DNA of 64,000 nt from Candidatus Rokubacteria bacterium CSP1-6 (GTDB lineage: Bacteria > Methylomirabilota > Methylomirabilia > Rokubacteriales > CSP1-6): assembly GCA_001443385.1 (NCBI GenBank), contig LDXP01000005.1:2146-66145 (forward strand), written 5' to 3'. Position numbers and translations under genes: made by a program. The notes under the pieces are model-generated. The model did not search any database. It saw only the letters and a program-made list of their open reading frames with translations, and was not told the origin of the DNA. Positions 25,367 to 34,704 of this stretch are shown one piece after another; within the stretch, counting starts at the first letter, position 1; the number at the start of each line of letters is the position of its first letter.

Positions 25367-26482
25367 CTATCCCTCCCCTGCTGCCGCGCCCGGCGACGCG
25401 CCACCGAAGCTCTGCTCGACAGCCTCTAGATCGAACGGCCCCAGATCCCCCATGGAGGCGGCGAAGTTGAGGAGCGCGATCCGCACGCCCTCGGGGATGC
25501 GCGGGTACCAGCGCGGATGGGCGATCACGAGCGCCCGGCCGGCGTAGAACGGCGGGAGCACCTCGAACAGCTCATGATCGCCGCTCCGAGCGCGGTACCC
25601 CTCGAGGAACCGGTGGAAGAACCCTTTGAAGGGCTCCGCCAGGCCCGGCCCCTTCAGGAGGCCGAAGAACAGGTAGTTGATGCTGAGGGCGGCCACGTCG
25701 TCGGCCGGCTCCCCCCACTCGCCCCGGCTCCGGTCCAGCACCGAGAAATCGGTCCCCTCGCGGAAGAGGAGGTTCCACGGATGGAAGTCCCCGTGGACCC
25801 GCGCCAGCCGGTGGGTGAACCCGCGCAGCCGCCAGCGCCACTCGACCGCTGCATGCTCCAGGGCCGCGCACGCCTCGGGCGGCAACAGCGGGTATGGATG
25901 CGGGTAGCTGTCGAGGATCCCCATGAGGCACTCGCCGTGCCCGACGAGCTCGCGGACCCGCCGCTGGTAGAGCCAGGGCGCCCGCTTCTTCTCCGCGTGG
26001 ATCTCGGCCAGGTAGCCCGCCAGGGCGTCCACCCGCCCGAGGTCCAGCGAACGCGCCTCTTCGGTGAGGAGGCGATCCAGATCGAGCCAGTACGGCGTTC
26101 CCTCGGCCTTCTCGACGAGCTGGAAGAATTCCGCCGAGTCGCCGGCCGAGACCAGCTCGCCGCCCGCGCGCACGAACCCGACGTCCAAGCTCCTGACGTG
26201 GCGCGGCAGCGCGTTGAATGCGGCGTGCCCCCACAGCGCGGCCCAGGCGCGGTCCGCCGGGTACTCGTGGCCGAAGCCCTCCTCGGGCCGGGTCCGGGCC
26301 AGGACGAACTGCCGGGGCTCGCCCCCGATGAGGCACTCCACCTCGAGCGGCACCCCGTAGCCGAAGGCCTTGGGATTGGCCCCCTCGCCGAGATTGTCCT
26401 TGAGGGGCCGCACGCCCAGCAGCTCGACCGGCCGCCGGAAGACCCGGGCAAGGTACGCCTGCAGCTCCCTCGACTCGATCAT
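25367..26482 (-). CDS. Phosphotransferase/kinase-fold protein (APH/choline-kinase-like)
   Basis: Catalytic-loop-like 'RVHGDFHPWNLLF' followed by 'VLDRSRGEWGEPADDVA'. Confidence 0.65.
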   Translation of the reverse strand: MIESRELQAYLARVFRRPVELLGVRPLKDNLGEGANPKAFGYGVPLEVECLIGGEPRQFVLARTRPEEGFGHEYPADRAWAALWGHAAFNALPRHVRSLDVGFVRAGGELVSAGDSAEFFQLVEKAEGTPYWLDLDRLLTEEARSLDLGRVDALAGYLAEIHAEKKRAPWLYQRRVRELVGHGECLMGILDSYPHPYPLLPPEACAALEHAAVEWRWRLRGFTHRLARVHGDFHPWNLLFREGTDFSVLDRSRGEWGEPADDVAALSINYLFFGLLKGPGLAEPFKGFFHRFLEGYRARSGDHELFEVLPPFYAGRALVIAHPRWYPRIPEGVRIALLNFAASMGDLGPFDLEAVEQSFGGASPGAAAGEG

Positions 26483-26492
26483 GCGTCCCGCC

Positions 26493-26939
26493 TTATTTCC
26501 CGCGGACCGTGAGCACCGGGCACGGGGCCAGCGCGATCACCCGCTCGGCCACGCTGCCGAGGAAGAATTTGGACAGGCCGCTACGCCCGTGAGTCCCCAT
26601 CACGATCAGGTCGGCGCGCTTGGAGCGGGCGACCCGCGCGATCCGGTCGTAGGGCACGCCCTCCAGCAGCACCGCCTTGACCCGCGCCTTGGCCTTCTGG
26701 GCCTTGGCCACCACCTTGGCCAGCTCCCGCTGCGCGCCCCGGCGAGCCGAAGCCTCCAGCTCCTCGTAGGTTTTGGGGGAGATGTATCCGTCCCCGATGA
26801 ACGGCGTCGTCGGGAGCAGCACGTGGACCAGCAGGAGCTCGGCCCGGCTCTCCTTGGCCAGGGCCACGGCCTTCAGGAACGCCGCGCCCGAGGCGCGGGA
26901 GAAATCGGTGGGATGAAGAATCCGACGAACCCCCTTCAT
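26493..26939 (-). CDS. Universal stress protein (UspA family)
   Basis: ILHPTDFSRAS … ADLIVMGTHGRSGLSKFFLGSVAERV. Confidence 0.88.
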   Translation of the reverse strand: MKGVRRILHPTDFSRASGAAFLKAVALAKESRAELLLVHVLLPTTPFIGDGYISPKTYEELEASARRGAQRELAKVVAKAQKAKARVKAVLLEGVPYDRIARVARSKRADLIVMGTHGRSGLSKFFLGSVAERVIALAPCPVLTVRGK

Positions 26940-26960
26940 ACCCGGACTCCTTTCATGGGC

Positions 26961-27311
26961 TTACTCTGACACCAGCCGCTTCGCGGCGAAGTACTTCTTG
27001 GGGTAGCGGGCCCGCTCCAGGCGCCGCTCCCGGTACTCCGCCAGCTCCCGCTTCAGGCCGCCGAAGCTCCGGTCGAAGGCGAGCCACGCGTTCTCGGCCA
27101 CGTCTTCCACCCGGATCGCGGGCCGCCGCGGGATGCGGACGGTCAGCGCGCAGCGCAGGGCCCGGCCTCCCTTGGGACCGTTGTCGTCGATGAAGGTCAC
27201 CACGGCCGTGACCGGGCTCGCCTGGATCCGCCCGAGTTCCCGGTTGAGCCGCCTCTCGATCCGGGCGCCGAGCGCCGGCGCCAGCGACACGCCGCGAAGT
27301 TCGATTTTCAT
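26961..27311 (-). CDS. HPF/RaiA-family ribosome-associated (hibernation-type) protein, short form
   Basis: MKIELRGVSL … AVVTFIDDNGPKGGRALRCALTVRIPRRPAIRVEDVAENAWLAFDRSF matches the HPF/RaiA-like pattern. Start at the internal Met of track ORF 26961..27407. Confidence 0.65.
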   Translation of the reverse strand: MKIELRGVSLAPALGARIERRLNRELGRIQASPVTAVVTFIDDNGPKGGRALRCALTVRIPRRPAIRVEDVAENAWLAFDRSFGGLKRELAEYRERRLERARYPKKYFAAKRLVSE

Positions 27312-27321
27312 GGAGGCGCCC

Positions 27322-28143
27322 TCAATCCAGGAGGCGGACCTGCCCCGCCACGACCTGCCGGGCCCGTCCCTTCGCTTCTTCCACAAGGAGGTGGCCCTCG
27401 GCGTCAACGCCCAGGGCCCTGCCCTGGAAGACGCTCCCTTCCTCCCGCACCTCCACCCGCCGCCCGGTCAGGATGTCACGATCGCGCCAGGCCTCAAGCA
27501 GGGCCTCCGCGTGCCGGTCCCGATAGACGTAGAACCACTCGTCGAGGGACATGAGGAAGCTGGCCGTGAAGGCGTTCCGGTCGATGTTCCGCCCCGCCAG
27601 CTCCCGGAGCGAGGCGGCCGCGCGGCCGGCGTCCCCCAGCGCCTCCACGAGGGCGGCGCGCTCGACGTTGAGATTCACCCCCACCCCGAGGATCACGTAG
27701 TCCAGCCGATCCCCGGTGGTGGCCAGCGAGGCGAACACCCCAGCCACCTTCTTCCGGTTCACCAGGATGTCGTTGGGCCACTTGATGGCCGCCGGGACTC
27801 CGACCGACCGGACGGCATCGGCCACCGCCAGGCCGGCGATGAAGGAGAAGACCGGCGCGTCCTTCGGACCGATGGCGGGCCGGAAGAGGACCGAGGCGTA
27901 GAGGTTCACGCCGAACGGCGAGAACCAGCCCTTGCCGAGCCGGCCCCGACCGGCGCTCTGGCTCTCGGCCAGCACGGTCGTTCCCTCCCGCGCCCCGGCC
28001 TTGGCCAGGTGGCGGAGGGCGTCGTTGGTGGACGACACCTCGCCGAACAGGTAGATCTGGCGCGCCACGGTCTTGGCCGAGAGCTGCCGGCGGATCAACT
28101 CGATGCTGAGCGCATCCTGCAGGATCGAAACTTCAGGAGACAC
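27322..28143 (-). CDS. birA: Biotin-[acetyl-CoA-carboxylase] ligase (no N-terminal HTH)
   Basis: 'STNDALRHLAKAGAREGTTVLAESQSAGRGRLGKGWFSP' and 'KWPNDILV' are BirA catalytic motifs. Confidence 0.88.
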   Translation of the reverse strand: MSPEVSILQDALSIELIRRQLSAKTVARQIYLFGEVSSTNDALRHLAKAGAREGTTVLAESQSAGRGRLGKGWFSPFGVNLYASVLFRPAIGPKDAPVFSFIAGLAVADAVRSVGVPAAIKWPNDILVNRKKVAGVFASLATTGDRLDYVILGVGVNLNVERAALVEALGDAGRAAASLRELAGRNIDRNAFTASFLMSLDEWFYVYRDRHAEALLEAWRDRDILTGRRVEVREEGSVFQGRALGVDAEGHLLVEEAKGRARQVVAGQVRLLD

Positions 28144-29044
28144 GGCGGGCCTCCTCTCTGTGGCTCTGCGGGCCGACCGTCAGGACGGGGCAGGGAGCCG
28201 TTCGAATGACGCGGTGAGCGATGGAACCGAGCGTCCACCGGATGAGCCCCGACCAGCCGTGGGTGCCCATCACGATCAGGCCCGCCCCCGACGCGACCGC
28301 CTGGTTGACGATCTGTTCCTCGGCGACTCCGTGGGCGAGCACCGTCTGGACCTGGGGGCTGGGAATCCGGCTCTTCGCCAGCAGATCCTTCACCGACTGC
28401 TCGGCGCGCCGGCGGTAGCCGGCTTCCAGCTTCGCCCGCTCCGACGGCGAGACCCGGGGATCCTCCGGAACCTCCGGCATCACGTGGAGGAGGATGAGCT
28501 GCGCCCCGCGGGCGATTGCCAGCTCCTCCGCCACCGGCCACGCCTCCTGCGCCGTCGGGGAGAAGTCCGTGGGATAGATCAGCGTGGCCAGGGGCGCTCT
28601 GCGGGCCCACAGCGGGCCCACGGTCACGACGGAGCACGGCGCCCGGCGCAGGACCTCGTCGGCGACGCTCCCAAGGAACATCTGCTTGAACCCGGTGCGT
28701 CCGACGGTCCCCACGACGACCAACCCCGCCTGCTCCTCGGCGGCGGCCAGCAGGATCTGCTCGGCGGCGCGGCCCTTGTCCACGCGGGAGCGCACCTTCA
28801 GGGTCTCGAGCTCCGCCTGGGCCACCAGCTTGGAGATCTCGGCTTCCGCTTCGTCCCGGGCCGTTTCCCAGTAGCGCGTGAAGACGTCCGCCGAGAAGAA
28901 CCCCTCCGGCGGCGCCGTGAGCGGCGGCACGACGTGGAGGATGACCAGCTCGGCGCGGCACACCCTCGCGAGCTCCGTCGCGCACGGCCAGGCCGCGAGC
29001 GAGGCTGCCGAGAAATCCGTGGCGTACAGGATCCGCGCGATCAT
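28133..29044 (-). CDS. Tandem universal stress protein (two Usp domains)
   Basis: Two repeats, each ending in …GT(V/H)G(R/W)(T/S)G…LGS(V/I)A…. Confidence 0.88.
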   Translation of the reverse strand: MIARILYATDFSAASLAAWPCATELARVCRAELVILHVVPPLTAPPEGFFSADVFTRYWETARDEAEAEISKLVAQAELETLKVRSRVDKGRAAEQILLAAAEEQAGLVVVGTVGRTGFKQMFLGSVADEVLRRAPCSVVTVGPLWARRAPLATLIYPTDFSPTAQEAWPVAEELAIARGAQLILLHVMPEVPEDPRVSPSERAKLEAGYRRRAEQSVKDLLAKSRIPSPQVQTVLAHGVAEEQIVNQAVASGAGLIVMGTHGWSGLIRWTLGSIAHRVIRTAPCPVLTVGPQSHREEARRVS

Positions 29045-29499
29045 GCGGCGCTCTCGAGGGCGGCCTCCGAGGTGCGCAGGAGAAACACCGGGATCGGCGA
29101 GCTACGCAGGACCGCCTCGGCCACGGAGCCGAACAGGAGCCGCCCGAGGCCGCTGCGCCCGTGGGTGGTCATGGCGATCAGGTCGGCGTTGATCTCCTTC
29201 GCCGCCGCGACGATCTCCGTCGCAGGGTCGCCGATCCTCACCCGGGCGCCCGCGCGCACTGCCTTCGCCTTGAGCGACGCCACCAGCGGCTCGAGGTAGC
29301 CCTGGGCGTCCAGCTCCTTGAGGATCGGCTCCCCCCGCTGCGCCTCTTTGGCCATCGCCGCCACGTCCATAGAGGTCAGCGGCACCACGCGGACCAGCAG
29401 GACCTCCATGTCCAGCGGACCGGCGATCTGCTCGATGAAGGGGAGAATCGCCTCCGCCACCCGCGAGCCGTCCAGGGGAACGAGGACACGCTGATACAC
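29041..29499 (-). CDS. Universal stress protein (UspA family)
   Basis: VLVPLDGSRVAE … ADLIAMTTHGRSGLGRLLFGSVAEAV. 4-nt overlap with the next gene. Confidence 0.88.
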   Translation of the reverse strand: MYQRVLVPLDGSRVAEAILPFIEQIAGPLDMEVLLVRVVPLTSMDVAAMAKEAQRGEPILKELDAQGYLEPLVASLKAKAVRAGARVRIGDPATEIVAAAKEINADLIAMTTHGRSGLGRLLFGSVAEAVLRSSPIPVFLLRTSEAALESAA

Positions 29500-29502
29500 G
29501 GC

Positions 29503-30000
29503 CTACACCCTCCCGGCCACAGGGCCCTGCCAGGGCCTGGCCTCGCCCTTTTCCACCGGCGCCTGGACCGGCGCCTCGGCCGCGCGGATCAGGAGGATCG
29601 GCGTCGTGGTTCCGCGCAGCACCGATTCGGCCACGCTCCCCACGATGAGGCGCCCCAGCCCGCTCCGGCCGTGGGTCGTCATCGCGATGAGGTCCACCTT
29701 GTTGAGGCGCGCGGCCTCCACGATCGCGTACGCCGCCGGGCCGTACCAGACGGACGTCTCCACGTCCTTCAGCCCCAGGGCCGCGAGACGGTCGCCGACC
29801 TGGGCGAGGTAGTCCTCGGCCTCCTGCACCACCTTGATCTGGGCCTCGGTGGGATCGACACCGGGAAGCGTGTGGGCCTCGGCAGCGCGGATCAACAGCA
29901 GCTTTGCCCCGGAGCTCTCGGCCATCTCGACTGCCTTCGGCAGCGCGGCTTCCGCGAGCGCCGAGCCGTCAAGTGGAACCAGAATTTTCTGGAGTTTCAT
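29503..30000 (-). CDS. Universal stress protein (UspA family), first gene of the string
   Basis: MKLQKILVPLDGSALAE … VDLIAMTTHGRSGLGRLIVGSVAESV. AAGGAGAG SD before the ATG at 30000. Confidence 0.88.
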   Translation of the reverse strand: MKLQKILVPLDGSALAEAALPKAVEMAESSGAKLLLIRAAEAHTLPGVDPTEAQIKVVQEAEDYLAQVGDRLAALGLKDVETSVWYGPAAYAIVEAARLNKVDLIAMTTHGRSGLGRLIVGSVAESVLRGTTTPILLIRAAEAPVQAPVEKGEARPWQGPVAGRV

Positions 30001-30046
30001 GGATCTCTCCTTTCGCTGGCGGTCGGTTCCGCCCATCCAGGCAAAC

Positions 30047-30062
30047 TGCAACGGAGGTGCCA
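30047..30062 (-). promoter_or_regulatory. Sigma-54 (-24/-12) promoter upstream of the Usp-led gene string
   Basis: The minus strand reads TGGCACctccgTTGCA, matching TGGCAC-N5-TTGC(A/T) at all invariant positions. It lies 47-62 nt upstream of the ATG at 30000 and immediately downstream of a sigma-54 activator gene. Confidence 0.7.
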
Positions 30063-30180
30063 TGGGGAGGGAGAAGGAGAAGGATTGAAAATCGAGGAGT
30101 TACTGCTGAGACGGGGCGCGGGCAGCGGGCACCATCTGAGGCGCGGTCACCCCAGGTGGGGCAGGCTCCTCGGGGACGGC

Positions 30181-31593
30181 CTAGCCTGCTTCGGCCGGGC
30201 CGGCCTCGCGGATCCCGTACTTATTGATTAGGCGGTGGAAGGTCTTCCGGTCGATCCCGGCCGCCTTGGCGGCCTGCGAGACGTTGCCGTCGTGGCGGCG
30301 GAGCAGCTCGGTGAGGTACGTCGCCTCGAGCTGGATCATCCACTGGGCCTTGGCTTCTTTGAGGGGGAGGTTCTTGCCGGCCAGGGAAGGGATCTGCGCG
30401 CCGCCGACGGCCGCGGGCGGAACGCTCAGGTGCGCGGGCAGATCGCGGGCGCTGATGGTCTCCCCCTCGGCGAGGACGCAGGCCCGCTCGATGACGTTCT
30501 GGAGCTCCCGGACGTTGCCGGGCCAGGCGTAGTGTTCCAGAATCTGGATCGCCTCGGGTTCGAACCCCCTGAGGGGAACCTCCCGCCCCTGGCCGTACTT
30601 TTTCAAGAATGTGTGGGCCAGGAGCGTCACGTCCCCCTTGCGTTCCTGGAGGGGCGGCAGCGAGATCGGGATCACGTTGATGCGGTAGTAGAGCTCCTCG
30701 CGGAACTGCCCTTTCACCACCTGGTCGCGCAGATCGCGGTTCGTCGCCGACACCAGGCGCACGTCCACATCGATCTGCCGCGTGCCCCCCACCCGGCGGA
30801 TCTGCCGCTCCTGGAGCGCGCGGAGGAGTTTCACCTGGAGCCCCACCGGGAGCTCCCCGATCTCGTCGAGGAACAGCGTGCCGCGGTGGGCCACCTCGAT
30901 GAGGCCCGGCTTGGTCCTCACCGCCCCCGTGAACGCGCCCTTCTCGTGACCAAAGAGTTCCGACTCCAGGAGCTGCTCCGGCAGCGACGCGCAGTCCACG
31001 GGGACGAACGCCTCCGTCGCCCGCGTGCTGCTCAAGTGGATGGCGTTCGCCACCAGCTCCTTGCCGGTCCCCGATTCCCCGATGATCAGGATGTTCGCCT
31101 CGGACCGGGCCGCCTTCCGCACCAGCTCGAAGACCTGAGCCATGGCCGGGCTCCGGCCGATGATGTTCTCGAAGCCGTAGGTCCCGCGCAGCTGCTCGCG
31201 GAGCCGGAGGTTCTCCACGGCCAGGCGGCGCTGGGCGAGGGCCCGGTCCACGGCCAGCTTGAGCTGGTCCGCGCTGAACGGCTTGGGCAGATAGTCGAAG
31301 GCGCCTTCCTTCACCGCCTCCACGGCCGACTCGATGGTGGCGAAGCCGGTCACGATGATGACCGGCACCTGGGAATCCACCTCGCGCGCGCGGCGGAGCA
31401 GGGTGAGGCCGTCCATGCCGGGCATCTTGAGGTCGGTCAGGAGGACGTCGGGGCGCTCGGACTCCATGAGGGCCAGCGCCTTGCGGGGCTCTCCCGCGGT
31501 CAGGCACTCATAGCCGGCCTTGCCGAGGATGCGGCTCACGTTCTCGAGCATGTCGGGCTCGTCGTCCACGATGAGGAGGCGGCCGCGGGTCAT
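30181..31593 (-). CDS. Sigma-54-dependent response regulator (NtrC family: REC + AAA+ + Fis-type HTH)
   Basis: LLIVDDEPD…DLKMPGMDG; GESGTGKELVANAIH; GAFTGA-type loop (EKGAFTGA); C-terminal HTH …NVSQAAKAAGIDRKTFHRLINKYGI. Confidence 0.93.
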   Translation of the reverse strand: MTRGRLLIVDDEPDMLENVSRILGKAGYECLTAGEPRKALALMESERPDVLLTDLKMPGMDGLTLLRRAREVDSQVPVIIVTGFATIESAVEAVKEGAFDYLPKPFSADQLKLAVDRALAQRRLAVENLRLREQLRGTYGFENIIGRSPAMAQVFELVRKAARSEANILIIGESGTGKELVANAIHLSSTRATEAFVPVDCASLPEQLLESELFGHEKGAFTGAVRTKPGLIEVAHRGTLFLDEIGELPVGLQVKLLRALQERQIRRVGGTRQIDVDVRLVSATNRDLRDQVVKGQFREELYYRINVIPISLPPLQERKGDVTLLAHTFLKKYGQGREVPLRGFEPEAIQILEHYAWPGNVRELQNVIERACVLAEGETISARDLPAHLSVPPAAVGGAQIPSLAGKNLPLKEAKAQWMIQLEATYLTELLRRHDGNVSQAAKAAGIDRKTFHRLINKYGIREAGPAEAG

Positions 31594-31645
31594 ATCTCGG
31601 AGGGGGGCTCCGCCCCCCTTCCGACACCTCCCCCCAGACTGGATT

Positions 31646-31664
31646 GCGCTGGCAAAGCCAGCGC
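31646..31664. other. Perfect hairpin GCGCTGGC-AAA-GCCAGCGC between the kinase and regulator genes
   Basis: Read directly: an 8-bp stem and a 3-nt loop. A second G/C palindrome (GGGGGGCTCCGCCCCCC) lies about 40 nt away. Confidence 0.4.
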
Positions 31665-31702
31665 TCGAACGGGCGCGCGACAGTTTAGTGACGGCGGGTG
31701 TC

Positions 31703-33349
31703 TCATGCGTGGTCTTCCGTCGCGACGACCGGAAACGTGAGCGTGAAGGTGGTCCCCTTCCCGGGCTGGGACTGGACGTCGATCGTGCCCTGGAGCTCGC
31801 GGACGATCCCGTAGCTCACGGACAGCCCGAGCCCCGTCCCCTGCGCCTTCGTCGTGTAGAACGGATCGAAGATCCTCGGCAGCCGGTCGAGCGGGATCCC
31901 CGGGCCGTTGTCGGCCACGACGAGGCGCAGCCAGCCCGGCCGGCCGGCGACGGTGCCGGTCTCGATCCGGATCTCGCCCCCGTCCCTCATCGCGTCCCGG
32001 GCATTGGTCAGGAGGTTCAGGACGACCTGCTGGAGCGCGTTGGGATCCCCCTGCATCGGGGGCAGATCCCGCGCCAGCGACCGCCGCACCGTGATCCCCT
32101 CCTTGCTCACCTGTTTCTCCAGGAGGAGCATGGTGTCCTCGACGACGCGATTCAGGTCCAGGAGGCCGCGGTCCCCCGGGGACTGGCGCGCGAAGGACAG
32201 GAGCCCCCGGGCGATCCGCGACACGCGCTGCGAGTGGCGGTGAAGGACCTCCAGGTCCTGCCGGACCTGGGGCGGCAGCCCCAGCTCCTCGGCCTCCTGG
32301 AGCATCAGATCAATCCGGGAGGAGATGATGCCGACGGGATTGTTCAGCTCGTGGGCGAGCCCCGCGGAGAGCGTGCCGAGGGCGGCGAGTTTCTCCGCCT
32401 GGCGGGCGGAGCGCTCCAGCCCCACCTTTTCGGTGGTGTCCTCGAGGAGGAGCACGGCGCCGGTGGGCGCCAGGTTCTCCCTGAGGAGGCTTCCCTTCAC
32501 GTCCAGGATGACCCGGCCCTTCTTGAGAGTCTCGTGCTCCAGCCCCTCAACCGCGAATTCCTCGATCTCCCCCCGGAGGAGCCGCTCGATCGGCTCCGCC
32601 AGCCCCTCGCGCTTCCAGGTCGGATTGATGTCCAGGAACGGCCTGCCGAGCACCTCCTGGGCCTTGACCTCATACCGCTCTTCCATCGCGCGGTTCCAGG
32701 CCCGCACCCGCCCGTCCGCGTCGAGCACGACGAGGCCGTCCCGGAGGCTCTCCACGACGTTCGTGATGAAGCGCTCGCGCGCCTCGATCTCCCGGTTCAG
32801 GGCCGCGACCGCCAGGCGCTCGCGCTCCTCGATGTCGGCGAGCACGCCGACGCCCACGGCCGTCCCGATCAGCACGGCGATCCGGATGGCGGCGTTCGCC
32901 CACTCGTGGTGGACGAGCGTCGGCCAGATGACCCAGACGTAGGCGACGGAGGCCCCGACGGCCACCGCCACGCCGCGCCGGATCCCGTAGTAGTAGGACT
33001 GGAGCCCGGCGATCAGGAGCAGGGCGAGGAAGAGGGTGCTCTCGGCCCCGCCCGAGAGGCGGATCAGGAGGAGCGCGAAGGCCAGGTCGAGCAGCAGGAC
33101 CGGGAGCTGGAGGCGGAAGACCAGTCCGGGGCGGAGCCAGATGAGCAGGTAGAGGACGAGGCTGTAGCAAGTGAACGCCGCCAGCGCGAAGGCCAGGAGG
33201 ATCCAGCCCACGAAGTCCGTGGGGGTGAGCGCCAGCCAGACGAAGCCCGCGATGACGGCGAGCCCTCTGAGGAATGGCAGCGCCAGGAACCGCGGGCCGC
33301 CGATCCTTCGGGAGAGCTGCCGAAGCCAGTTGATCTCGCTCATCGTCAA
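31703..33349 (-). CDS. Membrane sensor histidine kinase (multi-TM N-terminus, PAS, HisKA, HATPase)
   Basis: H-box LSAGLAHELNNP, N-box NLLTNARDAM, G-boxes DNGPGI and GTGLGLSVS. Confidence 0.9.
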   Translation of the reverse strand: MTMSEINWLRQLSRRIGGPRFLALPFLRGLAVIAGFVWLALTPTDFVGWILLAFALAAFTCYSLVLYLLIWLRPGLVFRLQLPVLLLDLAFALLLIRLSGGAESTLFLALLLIAGLQSYYYGIRRGVAVAVGASVAYVWVIWPTLVHHEWANAAIRIAVLIGTAVGVGVLADIEERERLAVAALNREIEARERFITNVVESLRDGLVVLDADGRVRAWNRAMEERYEVKAQEVLGRPFLDINPTWKREGLAEPIERLLRGEIEEFAVEGLEHETLKKGRVILDVKGSLLRENLAPTGAVLLLEDTTEKVGLERSARQAEKLAALGTLSAGLAHELNNPVGIISSRIDLMLQEAEELGLPPQVRQDLEVLHRHSQRVSRIARGLLSFARQSPGDRGLLDLNRVVEDTMLLLEKQVSKEGITVRRSLARDLPPMQGDPNALQQVVLNLLTNARDAMRDGGEIRIETGTVAGRPGWLRLVVADNGPGIPLDRLPRIFDPFYTTKAQGTGLGLSVSYGIVRELQGTIDVQSQPGKGTTFTLTFPVVATEDHA

Positions 33350-33391
33350 ACCCTGCTCGACCGCCTCATGATACCACGCGCCACAGCGGCC

Positions 33392-34704
33392 TTACGGACG
33401 CAGGAGCAAGAAGAGAAGCAGCGCGAGCGCGGCGGACGCGCCCCCGAGCCAGAAGGGCGCGGCGGGGCCGGCCGCGTCCCAGAGCCAGCCCGCCAGCAGG
33501 CTCGCGGGGAGCGCCAGCGCGCCCACGACCGCGTGGTAGATGCCGAACGCCCGGCCGCGGTCCGCCGCCGGCACCAGGTCGGCGACGAACGCGCGCTGGA
33601 TCCGCTCCGTGAGCGCGTAGTAGATCCCGTAGAGCGCGAAAAGCGGCCACGCCTCCCATGCCCGGTCCGCCCGCGCAAATCCGAGGTAGACGAGGGCGAA
33701 GACTGCGTACCCGAGAGGAATCACGCGCCGCCGCCCGAACGCGTCGGAGAGGACGCCCACCGGAAAGGACACGGCCGCGTACACGACGTTGAACGTGAGG
33801 TAGAGGAGCGGGATCGATCCCTCGCCGATCCCCAGGTGGCGGGAGCGGAGGATCAGGAACGCGTCGGAGGAGTTGCCGATCCCGAAGCAGACGAGGATCG
33901 GCACGAAGCGCCAGAATCTCCCGCCGAGCTCGCCGGGCGGCGCCCCCCTCACCTTCATCCCCTCCCAACTCATAACCCCCTCTCCTTCATCCTCTCCCCC
34001 CGAGGGGGAGAGGGCAGGGTGAGGGGGAGAGGAGAAGAGGTGAGGGGCATCGAGTAGGGCAGGGTGAGGGGGGCCTCTGGCCTCACCGGGATCTCCCGCA
34101 CGCCGACGAGAAGGACGACGATCCCGATCAACGCGGGGACGAACGACAGGAGGAAGAGCGCGCGGAAATCCCCGCCGAAGGCCGGCAGGAGCACCCAGGC
34201 CAGGAGCGGTCCCACCACGGCGCCGGCGGTGTCCATGCTCCCGTGAAGGCCGAAGGCCCGCCCGCGGATGGGCCCGGGCGCCGCGTCGGCCAGCAGCGCA
34301 TCGCGCGGCGGCGTGCGCAGCCCCTTGCCGAAGCGATCCAGGAACCGGATGCCGAGGACGTGCCCCCACGTGCCGGCCAGAGCGAGGAGCGGCTTGGCCG
34401 CCGCCGCGCACGCGTAGCCGGCGACGACGAACGGCTTTCGCCGTCCCATCCGGTCCGAGAGCCAACCCGCCGCCAGGCGCAGGCCGCTCGACGTGGCCTC
34501 GGCGGTCCCCTCGATGAGCCCCACCGCCTTCATCGGCGCCCCGAGCGTGCGCGTCAGGAAGAGCGGGAGCAGCGGGTAGATCATCTCCGACGCCACGTCG
34601 GAGCAGAAGCTGACCCAGCCTAAGGCCCAGACGGTCCGGGGAAGGGGGGAGCCGCTGCTACCGGCCGAAGCGCCGCTGCCGGTGCTGGTAGCTCCGAATG
34701 GCAC
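33392..34704 (-). pseudogene. MFS transporter split in its central loop by a 131-bp palindromic element
   Basis: The N-terminal half is in ORF 33970..34704 (…LVGVREIPVRPEAP then repeat-encoded LTLPYSMPLTSS…*). The C-terminal half is in a different frame (ORF 33392..34465, …APPGELGGRFWRFVPILVCFGIGNSSDAFL…). Confidence 0.7.
33943..34073. mobile_element. MITE/REP-like palindromic element, copy 2, inserted inside the MFS gene
   Basis: TIRs CCCCCCTCACC…GGTGAGGGGGG and the same core as copy 1. Removing exactly 33943-34073 (131 bp) joins …PVRPEA|PPGELGGRFW… in frame. Confidence 0.8.
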
